A stretch of 64,000 bases of DNA from Acidobacteriota bacterium (GTDB lineage Bacteria > Acidobacteriota > UBA890 > WLXD01), in contig CAXWPL010000001.1 of assembly GCA_963666215.2 (NCBI GenBank), forward strand, positions 256,001-320,000. Direction: 5' to 3'. Position numbers and translations under genes: made by a program. Each line of letters opens with the position of its first letter. Positions within the stretch are counted from its first letter, which is position 1. The notes under the pieces were generated by a model. It had not been told where the DNA came from. It did no database searches and saw only the letters and a list, made by a program, of their open reading frames with translations. This document shows, in pieces, positions 1-10,781 of this stretch.

Positions 1-174
1 GGTTCGCGGCGGCGCTGACGCGCGGCCGATGCTGCAATCGCTGAAGATGGCCGCCGAGCTTGCGCATCGACAACCAGGCCGCTAGCGCATTTCGCGGCAT
101 TCGGCGTGCGCGTTGGACAAGGTCAACGCGCTCACGCAACTCGATCACCGAGTCGTGTGCACGATGACGACCGG

Positions 175-657
175 CTAACGGCGTCGATGCAATTCCTGTT
201 CGACCTCGCGCTCGACCGCCTCTTTGCGCAGCTGATCGCGCTTGTCGTACAACTTCAGGCCGCGCCCGACGCCAATCTCCACCTTGGCCCGACCGTTGGT
301 GAAGTAGATGCGTAGCGGCACCATCGTCAGCCCCTTCTCGACGATGCGACCGAGCAGGCGGTCGATCTCGAAGCGGTGCAACAACAGCTTCCGCGGCCGC
401 TCAGGCTCGTGTTGATTGAGCTTGCCGGCCGGAGGGTACGGCCCGATGTGGAGATTGTGGAGAATCAGCTCACCTCCACTGACCGCCGCGTAGGCATCCT
501 TGAGATTGGCCGTGCCGAGTCGCAGCGCCTTGACCTCGGTGCCGAGCAGCACGATTCCCGCCTCATACGTTGCGAGGATCTCGTAGTTCTTGTGCGCGCG
601 CCGGTTGACCGTCACTACGCGATCGCCGCCGATGTTCACACGTGCCCCCGGAGCCAT
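175..657 (-). CDS. smpB: SsrA-binding protein SmpB
   Basis: NRRAHKNYEILATYEAGIVLLGTEVKALR, HEPERPRKLLLHR, GLTMVPLRIYF, KLYDKR motifs. Confidence 0.97.
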   Translation of the reverse strand: MAPGARVNIGGDRVVTVNRRAHKNYEILATYEAGIVLLGTEVKALRLGTANLKDAYAAVSGGELILHNLHIGPYPPAGKLNQHEPERPRKLLLHRFEIDRLLGRIVEKGLTMVPLRIYFTNGRAKVEIGVGRGLKLYDKRDQLRKEAVEREVEQELHRRR

Positions 658-722
658 GCTTGAGGTCGGCTGCTCGGCCGCTGGCCGCGATCATCACGGC
701 GCTCGCGTGCCGCCCAGCGTTA

Positions 723-2030
723 TTACAGACGAACGATATGTGAGTCGTCGCGGCCGCGTGCGACGTTCCGTGTGTCGACGAGCAACGGCGCCGCGTCGAT
801 GATGACGGGCCAGTCGAAGGCCGAGTGATCCGTGCCAGCGACAACACAGTCATAGTCGCCGCACACGCCGGGCACACCCGAGATCGACCGCAGCGGCGGC
901 TCGAAGCCGTGAGGCCGACCCAGCTCGGGCACCCACGGATCGGCGTAGTCGACCGTGGCGCCCTTCGAGGCCAGCAAGCGCAAGATATCGACGGACGGCG
1001 ACTCGCGGGTATCGTCAACATCGCGTTTGTAGGCAACACCGAGCATCAACACGCGCGATCCCTTGACGCTCTTGGTGCGCTCGTTCAGGGCGTCCACCAC
1101 TTTCCCGACCACGTACTCCGGCATGCCCGAGTTGATCTCGGCCGCAATCTCGATCAAGCGCGCCTGGTAGTTGAGCGTGCGGACCTTCCACGTGAGGTAG
1201 TGGGGGTCGACCGGGATGCAGTGCCCACCCAGACCCGGGCCGGGGTAGAAGGGCATGAAGCCGAAGGGCTTCGTGGCGGCGGCGTCGATGACCTCCCAGG
1301 TGTCGATCCCCAGCCGATCACACATCATCGCCATCTCGTTGACCAAAGCGATGTTGACGGCTCTGAACGTGTTCTCGAGCAGCTTGACGAGCTCCGCGGC
1401 ACGCGGCGAGGAAACCGGGTAGACCTCATCGATAATGGTTCCGTAGAGACGCTTGGCGATGTTCGCGCAGGCCGGCGTCATGGCGCCGATGATCTTCGGC
1501 GTGTTCTTGAGCGTGTACGTCTCGTTTCCTGGGTCGATCCGCTCGGGCGAGAAAGCGAGATGAAAATCCACGCCAACTTCGCCGCCCTCGGCGGCGAGCC
1601 GCGGCAGCATGATCTCTTCGGTCGTACCGGGATAGGTCGTGCTCTCGAGAACGGTGAGCAGCCCGGGATGCATTCGTCGGCCGACCTCGTCTGCGACCGC
1701 GACCACGTATGAGACGTCAGGATCTTTGGTCTTGCCCAGTGGAGTGGGCACGCAAATGTGCACCGTGTCGGCGTCGGCCAGAACATCGGCATCGACGGTT
1801 GCCCGTAGGCGTCCGGCGCTGGTCTGAGCGGCAACGGATTCCGACGAGATATCGGAAATGTACGAGCGCCCAGCATTGAGCTCGTCGACCCGCCCACGCG
1901 TCACATCCAGGCCGGTAACGCGGAACCCGGCCTCGGCGAACGCCACCGCGAGCGGCAGCCCGACGTAGCCAAGGCCGACCACGCAGACGTGCGCACTCCG
2001 ATCGTCGATCTTCGTGGACAGCTCGCTCAT
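723..2030 (-). CDS. UDP-glucose/GDP-mannose (nucleotide-sugar) dehydrogenase, WbpA/WecC-like
   Basis: VVGLGYVGLP Rossmann motif, CVPTP, ESTTYPGTT, FSPERIDPG, KLLENTFRAVNIA, GPGLGGHCIPVDP; start reset to MSELSTK (ATG at 2030). Confidence 0.93.
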   Translation of the reverse strand: MSELSTKIDDRSAHVCVVGLGYVGLPLAVAFAEAGFRVTGLDVTRGRVDELNAGRSYISDISSESVAAQTSAGRLRATVDADVLADADTVHICVPTPLGKTKDPDVSYVVAVADEVGRRMHPGLLTVLESTTYPGTTEEIMLPRLAAEGGEVGVDFHLAFSPERIDPGNETYTLKNTPKIIGAMTPACANIAKRLYGTIIDEVYPVSSPRAAELVKLLENTFRAVNIALVNEMAMMCDRLGIDTWEVIDAAATKPFGFMPFYPGPGLGGHCIPVDPHYLTWKVRTLNYQARLIEIAAEINSGMPEYVVGKVVDALNERTKSVKGSRVLMLGVAYKRDVDDTRESPSVDILRLLASKGATVDYADPWVPELGRPHGFEPPLRSISGVPGVCGDYDCVVAGTDHSAFDWPVIIDAAPLLVDTRNVARGRDDSHIVRL

Positions 2031-2240
2031 TCGAAATCCCCAGGGCCTCGCGCGCAGCAGCACGCCTCGGGCGACAGTATAGGTAGTGTCTCTTCGGCGG
2101 AGCAAGCAGAACCGTCCGCGCCGCAGAAGGTCCGACCAACGGTCGCTTTCGACGTCCTGAACGCCGCGGCTCCTTGCCGCGGCAGCTTCCGACTTCCGGT
2201 CCCAAAGCCTCGAGTGCTTCACGGACGCACCCATCAACAC

Positions 2241-2774
2241 ATGCTCACCGCTTATCTCGGGCTCGGCTCCGACCTCGGGCGTCGCCCTGCACAACTGGCC
2301 GGCGGCATCGGCTGTCTCGCGCAGCTGGGATTGCGGGTCGCTCGCTGCTCGTCGCTCTACCTCACCGAGCCTCACGGCAATCCAGCCCTGCCCTGGTTCG
2401 TCAACGCGGTGGTCGAGATCCTCGACCCGCCTCCGCCCGCCCAGTTGCTGCTGGATTGTCTCGAGGCCGAACAACGCTGCGGACGTCTCAGGCATGCGCA
2501 AGGCCGCGAACCCGAAACGGCGTCGGCGCCACTGGCACGCACGCTGGACATCGACGTCTTGCTGTACGACGACCTCGTTCTGAACACCGCCGAACTGTCG
2601 ATTCCGCATCCGGAGCTGCATCTGCGGCGCTTCGTCCTGCAGCCGTTGGCAGAGCTCGCCCCGCAAGCGCTACATCCGAGCCGGCAAGAGACCGTCGCCG
2701 AGCTGCTGGCCCGTGCGCCGAGCCACCTGGGAGTCTGGTTGCTCGCACCGCCGCTCGAGTTGGCCGGTCGCTAG
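2241..2774 (+). CDS. folK: 2-amino-4-hydroxy-6-hydroxymethyldihydropteridine diphosphokinase
   Basis: AYLGLGSDLG, SSLYLTEP, FVNAVV, RTLDIDVLLY, IPHPELHLRRFVLQPLAEL; start ATG 2241. Confidence 0.93.
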   Translation: MLTAYLGLGSDLGRRPAQLAGGIGCLAQLGLRVARCSSLYLTEPHGNPALPWFVNAVVEILDPPPPAQLLLDCLEAEQRCGRLRHAQGREPETASAPLARTLDIDVLLYDDLVLNTAELSIPHPELHLRRFVLQPLAELAPQALHPSRQETVAELLARAPSHLGVWLLAPPLELAGR

Positions 2775-2963
2775 GCAGATCCTGTCGCCGACTCCCGCCG
2801 CGCGCTGGCAGCGCTAGTTACTGAGCCGGCGCCGGTCTGGGTGGTATCGTGTGCCGCTGCCCGGCGGCCAGAAATCGAATCGACAGACGGAGCGACGGCG
2901 CTTCGACCGCGGCGAACCCGACAGCCAAGCACCCCAGATCGTCCCACCATGGCCTGTTAGCGC

Positions 2964-3599
2964 ATGCGAAAGAAGTACATCGCCCTCGAGGGACCCATTG
3001 GCGTCGGCAAAACGAGCCTCGTTAACCTCATGGTGGAGCGCCTCGGTGCGGCCAAGATCCTCGAGGATGTAACCAATCCCTTTCTCGAGGCTTTCTACGA
3101 GGAAGAGCCCGGCGCGGCCTTCCAAGCGCAGCTGTTCTACCTTCTTGCGCGTTACCGCACCCTCTCGGAAGCGGTCCAGACAGACCTCTTCTCCCGTTTC
3201 ACCGTCGCCGACTTCACGTTCTACAAGGACCGAATCTTCGCTCACCTGACACTCGACGACAGCGAGCTTCTGCTCTACGAGAAGCTCTGGGCCGTTCTCG
3301 AGCCGCAGGTGCCGAAGCCCGACCTGGTGGTGTACCTACAGGGGTCCACGGCGGTACTCGCGGAGCGGGTGGCAAAGCGCGATCGCGCGGAGGAGCGGAA
3401 TCTCTCGCTCGACTACCTCGAGGAGGTCCATCAGGCCTTCTCGCACTTCTTCCTGCAGTATGACGACACGCCTCTGCTGGTGATCAACACTACGGACATC
3501 GATTTCGTCGCCGACCCGGTGGATTTCGACGACCTGATTGCGCAGATCGAGTCGATGGACGCCGGACGTCAGGTCTACGTACCGCGCCGGAGCCGCTAG
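2964..3599 (+). CDS. Deoxynucleoside kinase (dGK/dCK family)
   Basis: P-loop EGPIGVGKTS, NPFLEAFY, PKPDLVVYL, RDRAEE; usual neighbour of folK. Confidence 0.92.
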   Translation: MRKKYIALEGPIGVGKTSLVNLMVERLGAAKILEDVTNPFLEAFYEEEPGAAFQAQLFYLLARYRTLSEAVQTDLFSRFTVADFTFYKDRIFAHLTLDDSELLLYEKLWAVLEPQVPKPDLVVYLQGSTAVLAERVAKRDRAEERNLSLDYLEEVHQAFSHFFLQYDDTPLLVINTTDIDFVADPVDFDDLIAQIESMDAGRQVYVPRRSR

Positions 3600-3728
3600 C
3601 GCGCCACCTACAGTGGCGCCGTTCGAGGCCACACTCGCGTGGTACGCTCGGCCGCGCTTTCCGGTTGGTCAGCCGTACAGTCAGTGTCCGCCTTCGACGC
3701 GCTCCCGCGCCGCGCCTCCGATTTGAGC

Positions 3729-5963
3729 ATGCGCAAGCTCCGTACCCGCACTCCACTCGGAGGCCTCTTCTCCGCACTGATTGCGGCCATCCTGGTGACA
3801 TCGACCAGCGAGGCGGCACAGCAGAGCGCGCAGGATTCAGACTCGAGCCGCCCAACGATTGGGGCCCACGCAGTCGACAACGGCCCGGGGATCGATGGCG
3901 TGTTGGACGAGCCGGAATGGGCCGACGCCGAGGTGGCCGGCGACTTCACCCAGCGCGAGCCGGACCCGGGCGAGCCAGCCAGCGAGTCGACCGAGTTTCG
4001 CGTCATCTACACGCGCTCCACGCTCTACATCGGAGTGATCGCCTACGACCGCAGACCCGACCAGCTGATTGCCGACGAGATGCAGCGCGACAGCATGCTC
4101 GAAAACGACGACTCGGTGAGCATCCTGCTCGACACCTTCCACGATCACCGCAACGGCTTCCTTTTCGAGACCAACGCCAACGGTGCTCGCTCTGACGCCC
4201 TCGTCGAGGCGGAAGGCAGCCAGCCGAATCGCCAGTGGGACGGCGTCTGGCGCGTTCGCTCCACCCGCACCACCGAGGGCTGGATCGCCGAGATCGCGAT
4301 CCCCTTCTCGACGCTGCGCTTCAGCGCTGGGAACGACACCTGGGGCTTCAACATGCGACGTCTCGTGCGGCGCCGCTCGGAGGAAACTTTCTGGTCGCCG
4401 ATTGGTCTCGAGGCGAACGGGACCCGGGTCTCGCTCGCTGGACATATCACCGGCCTGAACAACCTGCAGCCGGGATTGAACCTGCGCGTCAAGCCGTTCG
4501 CGCTTGGCAGTAGCGGTCGCTCGTTCGAGGCTGGGGCGGAAGATCCCGGCGACGACCTGACGGGCGGTGCGGACATGAGATGGGGCGTGACGCAGGGCTT
4601 GACTCTCGACATGACCTACAACACCGACTTCGCGCAGGTCGAGGTTGACGAGCAACGCGTCAACCTGACGCGCTTCTCGCTGTTCTTTCCCGAGAAGCGT
4701 GAGTTCTTCCTCGAGAACGCCGGGATCTTCGAGTTCGGACCGCCGGCCGGACGCTCGGACTTCCGACCACCGTTCTTCAAGGCCTTCTTCTCTCGCCGTA
4801 TCGGGCTCGAAAACGACGAGCGTGTGCCAATCGACTACGGCGCACGTCTCACCGGCCGCGTCGGAGGCTGGAACATTGGCCTACTCGATGTGCAGACGGA
4901 GACGACGCCGCTCGACGAGGGCGAGATCGTGCCCTCGGCCAACTGGGGCGTCGTGCGCATCAAGCGGAACCTCGGCGAGCGCTCATCGATTGGTGCCATC
5001 TTCACGAATCGGCAGAGCGATGCCGGCGACTGGAACCGCGCCGCAGGCGTCGATTTCGACGTCAACCCGTCGGCGCGAGTCAATCTCAATGGCTTCTTCA
5101 TCGCCAGCCAGGATCCGGGCCAGAAGCTTACCGATCTTTCCGACAACTGGGCTGCCGGCGCCGGGTTCGTCTGGAGAGGAAGCACCTGGCGGGCCAACGC
5201 CGAGTACCAGGAGATCCGCGAGAATTTCAACCCGGAGATGGGGTTCCTGCTGCGCGAAGGGGTCCGCCGCTACAACAGCAACGTCGACTTCGAGCCCCGC
5301 CCGCAGAACAATCTCGGACTACGCAGTCTGTCGTTCAACCTGCGCTCCGAGATCGTCACCGACACCGAGGGCACCCTGGAGACGGTCGACACAACGGTGC
5401 GGTTGCTGGGCTTGCAGTTTCGGTCGGGCGATCGACTCACCTTCTTCGGTTCGTACAACTACGAGTTCCTCGAAGAGCCGTTCGAGATCCAGGACGACCT
5501 CTTCATCCCACAGGGTGAGTACGAGTCCTTCGACGTTGGCGTGTTCGTGACCACCGACGGAGGCCGACCGGTTTCGTTCTTTGGCTTCTGGACGTTGGGC
5601 GACTTCTACACCGGCAAGCGAACCACCGGCAGCAGCAGGGTGACGACGCGAATCAACAAGCACCTGAACATGGCGACGTCGTGGAACCACAACAACGTCG
5701 ATCTGCCGCAGGGGTCCTTCGTAACCAACGTCCTCCAGCAGCGGGTCAACTTGGCACTCACGCCTGACCTGTTCTTCAACACGTTCGCCCAGATCAACGA
5801 CGCGGACGATCTGTTCGCGATCAACGCCCGCCTCAACTGGATCTACAAGCCGGGCGCGGATCTGTTCCTGGTCTACAACCAGCAGTGGGACACCAGCGGC
5901 GACGCGTTCCCGGCAATTAACAGGGCGGTGATTGTGAAGTTCACCTACCTGTTGATTCTGTAG
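3729..5963 (+). CDS. DUF5916 / CBM9-like domain outer-membrane protein
   Basis: Signal peptide, IDGVLDEPEW, WIAEIAIPFSTLRF, NTDFAQVEVD, FFPEKREFFLE, FFSRRIG, beta-strand-rich C-terminus (VKFTYL). Confidence 0.8.
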   Translation: MRKLRTRTPLGGLFSALIAAILVTSTSEAAQQSAQDSDSSRPTIGAHAVDNGPGIDGVLDEPEWADAEVAGDFTQREPDPGEPASESTEFRVIYTRSTLYIGVIAYDRRPDQLIADEMQRDSMLENDDSVSILLDTFHDHRNGFLFETNANGARSDALVEAEGSQPNRQWDGVWRVRSTRTTEGWIAEIAIPFSTLRFSAGNDTWGFNMRRLVRRRSEETFWSPIGLEANGTRVSLAGHITGLNNLQPGLNLRVKPFALGSSGRSFEAGAEDPGDDLTGGADMRWGVTQGLTLDMTYNTDFAQVEVDEQRVNLTRFSLFFPEKREFFLENAGIFEFGPPAGRSDFRPPFFKAFFSRRIGLENDERVPIDYGARLTGRVGGWNIGLLDVQTETTPLDEGEIVPSANWGVVRIKRNLGERSSIGAIFTNRQSDAGDWNRAAGVDFDVNPSARVNLNGFFIASQDPGQKLTDLSDNWAAGAGFVWRGSTWRANAEYQEIRENFNPEMGFLLREGVRRYNSNVDFEPRPQNNLGLRSLSFNLRSEIVTDTEGTLETVDTTVRLLGLQFRSGDRLTFFGSYNYEFLEEPFEIQDDLFIPQGEYESFDVGVFVTTDGGRPVSFFGFWTLGDFYTGKRTTGSSRVTTRINKHLNMATSWNHNNVDLPQGSFVTNVLQQRVNLALTPDLFFNTFAQINDADDLFAINARLNWIYKPGADLFLVYNQQWDTSGDAFPAINRAVIVKFTYLLIL

Positions 5964-6045
5964 GGAAAGCCCGCGGGAAGAGCCACGATCGTGCGGCCAT
6001 GCTCGGCCCTGGCCGCTGCGACGGCGAGATCGACGTCGGCGCCTG

Positions 6046-7443
<1,398 letters not shown>

Positions 7444-7518
7444 TCGCCTCCCCTATGTCCGTGCGGCCCGTACGCGTGGCGGACTGCATCGTATCGAACC
7501 GACAGCGCGGGAAACCCG

Positions 7519-10425
7519 CTAGCTGGCGCGCGCCGCTTCGGTGTCGATCAACTCGCTCGTGGGCAGCTCGATGACGAAGCGCGTTCCCACGCCCGGCTCG
7601 CTGTGGACGTTAATGCTGCCGCGATGCTCTTGAACGATCCCGTAGCTCACCGAGAGCCCTAGCCCGGTTCCCTTTCCCACCCCTTTTGTGGTGAAGAACG
7701 GGTCGTAGACCTTGTGAACGTGCTCGGCGTCGATACCGCTACCGTTATCGATCACCTCGAGCACCGCGTCGCCGTCGCGCTGGGCTGTGACGATTCTCAC
7801 CTCGCCGCCCTGAGGCATGGCATCGCGGGCGTTGAGCACGAGGTTCATCAGCACCTGTTGCAGCTTGATGGGGTCGCCGATCACCGGGCGCATGTCGCTG
7901 GCAAGCTCGGTATCCACCCGTACGCGGCGCTCTTTGAGCTGGATCTCCGCCAGCGCCAAGGTGTCGAGAACCACGGTGTTCAGATCGATCGGACGCTGCT
8001 GCCCGCTCTCCTGACGCGAAAAATTGAGCAGGTTGTTGACGATCTGTGACGCCCTGAAGGTCTGCTTCTCGATTTTCTCGAGGATGGCACGACGAGGATC
8101 CGTTTCGGGCATCTTGCGCTGCAACATCTGCACGTAGGACGAAATCCCCGTAAGAGGTGTGTTGACCTCGTGCGCCACTCCAGCGGCGAGCAGGCCAACC
8201 GATGTCAGCTTCTCGGCCTGCTGTAACCGCGACTCGAGCTGGGTCCGCTCCGTGACGTCGTCGACGATGATCACCGTGCCCGTGTCGCCTGACTCACCCA
8301 GCAGGGGTGCCAGCGACAATGTCACCACCTTGTCCTCGCCGCGCCGAGTCCTCAACGAGATTCGATAGGCCGACGTGATGGGCTCCAGTCCCTGATCAAC
8401 CTCGGCACGCGCTGCATTCAAGACGGCGAGGAAACCGCTCGGGAAGAGCTCCTCGACCTGACGGCCCATCACCTCCTTGGGAGGCTGCCCGTAGATCTCG
8501 GCAAGCGAGCGGTTCCAGGAGAGCACGGAGCCATCGCTGTCGAGCACCATCACACCGGCGGTGATGCTCTCGACGATGTTCTCGTTGTAGGTCTTCAAGC
8601 GCTCGAGCTCGACCGCCTTGTTCTCGGACTCGCGATACAAGAGCGCGTTATCGATCGCCAGCGCGGCATGCGCCACCAAGGGCTGCAGAACGTTGAGGTC
8701 TTCGGTGGAGAGGTAGTCGCCAGAGAGACGGCGGCCCAACGCCAGCACGCCAATGATGTCGCCCTTCACCTCGAGCGGCAGGAAATAGGCAAGATCCTCA
8801 GACTCGAGTATCTCGAGATCCTGCGGGTATTCGTCGAGAAGTCCGCGCAGATCATCGACGTAGACGAACTCGCGGCGCGACAGCGCGCCACAGACAAACT
8901 GCGAGAACGTTGACGACAGCGGTTGGCCGCTGCGGAGCTCTCCGCCGGCGGCGACGATCCGCAGCGTGTCGCTCTCGTGGACGCGTAGAAGCACCGCCAC
9001 TTGGCCAACACCGAGGGTGTCGCGCACGCGCTTGACGAGCAGCTCGACAACGCTGCCCAGGTCATTCTCGGCGTTGAGCTCCCGCGCGAAGTCGGTAAGC
9101 GTGCGCCGCGCGCGGTAGCGCTCGCGGTAGTAGAACCGATCTACGAGATTCTGCACCCGGTCTCGCAGCGGCGCAAAGAGGATGGCTACCAGGAGTGTGG
9201 CCACGAGCGAGCCTACGCGGCGGACATCCGCATCGAGCCCTCCGAATGTGCGTGACAAGCCCCATTCGGAGGCCAGATAGATCGCCAGCACGCCCAGAAT
9301 GCTCAGCGCGTGGATCAGCCCGCGCTTCAGGATGATCTCCACGTCCCATAGGCGGAAGCCAACGGCAGCGTAGGCGAACGACAGTGGCACCAGGATGAGT
9401 GGCAGAACCGTGAGTGCCGTTACCGACCAGGTCTCGAGCCCCATCAGCTTCAAAGGCATGTAGAAGGCCACCAATGGCATGAGGCCGAGCCCGGTGCCAC
9501 CCACCAGCCACTTGAGTCGCTTGCGCTCGTCCGGCGCGGTGGCCTGAGTGTACGAGTGCGCCAGCGCCAGAATCGCGAGAACCACCGCCAGTCCCATATA
9601 AACCAGCCCAACCAGCGAAGTGAGCTGGAACACACGGTCTTGGCCGGCGAGCGACAGCGCCCGGAACGGCCAGCTACCGCGCGCCAACCCGATCTGGACG
9701 AACGTGAGTGGCACGGCGGGGCCGAACGCCGCCAGCAGCAGTAGGTTGTGGTATTCGCGATAGACCGGCTTGAGGCGCGGGAACGTCAGCGAGAAGTAGA
9801 GAAACAGCCCCGGCACCAGATTCCGGGCGAGTTGGTCACCCCAGAAGATGGAGTTGAACCATGGATCGCTCAGGCGCGATGTGGGCGACAGCGCCAGCAA
9901 ACAGAACAGCGCCGCGGCGAGGAAAAACAGGCGGAGGCTGCCGACATCCGGCTGCCGCAACAGCGCGAACACACCCACCACGAGAAAGCCCAAACCGACG
10001 AAGCTCAGATACAAGTACAAGTCGTTCTCGGGTGCGACGCCCCTGAGACTGACGAAGGCATGCACCTGCTCGCCACCACGGTCGAGCACGTACTCCAGAC
10101 GTTCTCCGACCTCGCGGCCGAACAGCACGATGTCGACAAAGACCGGAGTGTCGGGCCTGGCGCCGTCGACACTGACGAGCCCGTCACCGGTTCGAACCCC
10201 GGCGCTGGCTCCAGCGCCTCCGACATCGACGCGCGCTGCCGTCAGCCGGGAGCCACGCAGCTCCCAGTCGATGCCATCCTCGGGCTCTTCCCAGCTGAGT
10301 CGGTTGACAACGCTCATCACGCCCAGGAAGAGCAGAGTTCCGGCAACGCCAATCAAAATGGCGGTCTGCAGCGAGTCCAGCCTCAGGCGGTTCGGACTCG
10401 TCGAGTTGGGGCCGTGGTTTGTCAC
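7519..10425 (-). CDS. Multi-TM sensor histidine kinase with PDZ-like, GAF and PAS domains
   Basis: H-box AGVAHEVNTPL, N-box QVLMNLVLNARDA, DNGSG, FTTKGVGKGTGLGL; N-terminal PDZ-like AGVRTGDGLVSVDG; many TM helices; adjacent to response regulator. Confidence 0.92.
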   Translation of the reverse strand: MTNHGPNSTSPNRLRLDSLQTAILIGVAGTLLFLGVMSVVNRLSWEEPEDGIDWELRGSRLTAARVDVGGAGASAGVRTGDGLVSVDGARPDTPVFVDIVLFGREVGERLEYVLDRGGEQVHAFVSLRGVAPENDLYLYLSFVGLGFLVVGVFALLRQPDVGSLRLFFLAAALFCLLALSPTSRLSDPWFNSIFWGDQLARNLVPGLFLYFSLTFPRLKPVYREYHNLLLLAAFGPAVPLTFVQIGLARGSWPFRALSLAGQDRVFQLTSLVGLVYMGLAVVLAILALAHSYTQATAPDERKRLKWLVGGTGLGLMPLVAFYMPLKLMGLETWSVTALTVLPLILVPLSFAYAAVGFRLWDVEIILKRGLIHALSILGVLAIYLASEWGLSRTFGGLDADVRRVGSLVATLLVAILFAPLRDRVQNLVDRFYYRERYRARRTLTDFARELNAENDLGSVVELLVKRVRDTLGVGQVAVLLRVHESDTLRIVAAGGELRSGQPLSSTFSQFVCGALSRREFVYVDDLRGLLDEYPQDLEILESEDLAYFLPLEVKGDIIGVLALGRRLSGDYLSTEDLNVLQPLVAHAALAIDNALLYRESENKAVELERLKTYNENIVESITAGVMVLDSDGSVLSWNRSLAEIYGQPPKEVMGRQVEELFPSGFLAVLNAARAEVDQGLEPITSAYRISLRTRRGEDKVVTLSLAPLLGESGDTGTVIIVDDVTERTQLESRLQQAEKLTSVGLLAAGVAHEVNTPLTGISSYVQMLQRKMPETDPRRAILEKIEKQTFRASQIVNNLLNFSRQESGQQRPIDLNTVVLDTLALAEIQLKERRVRVDTELASDMRPVIGDPIKLQQVLMNLVLNARDAMPQGGEVRIVTAQRDGDAVLEVIDNGSGIDAEHVHKVYDPFFTTKGVGKGTGLGLSVSYGIVQEHRGSINVHSEPGVGTRFVIELPTSELIDTEAARAS

Positions 10426-10667
10426 AGTCTAGGCATCAGCTGGATCGGACGATCCGAGTCGTTCGGCCGAGGGAGGCATCAATCCACTGTCCTCGCAATC
10501 TTCGTACCAACTCGCCGTCTTCGTCGCGCTGCGGCAATAACGGTCGCTCGGGCCAAGCGGGGGCATCTGCGTGACTCGGGCAGTCCCGAGTGACGGAAAA
10601 TGTCATTCCGAGATCCAATATCTTGGCTTGAAGATCCATGTCATTGGATGAGAGGTGAAAAGGCCTC

Positions 10668-10702
10668 AAACAAAAAACGGCGAGGGATTGCCGCCCTCGC
10701 CC
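10668..10702 (-). terminator. Rho-independent terminator
   Basis: Minus strand GGCGAGGG-(7 nt)-CCCTCGCC followed by GTTTTTTGTTT, ~80 nt after the stop of the 10782 gene. Confidence 0.75.
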
Positions 10703-10781
10703 GCCGTGATCTGGTTATTGCTCGTCGCATCAGGCCGCCCCACGGCCACAGATACGACGATCGCTTCCGACCCGCCCGACC

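Noticed and set aside
1-175. Possible tmRNA (ssrA) next to smpB
   Set aside because: No GGGG 5' end, T-arm/CCA 3' end or tag reading frame recognisable on either strand
2031-2666. N-terminal extension of the nucleotide-sugar dehydrogenase
   Set aside because: Overlaps folK on the opposite strand; dehydrogenase motifs begin after 2030
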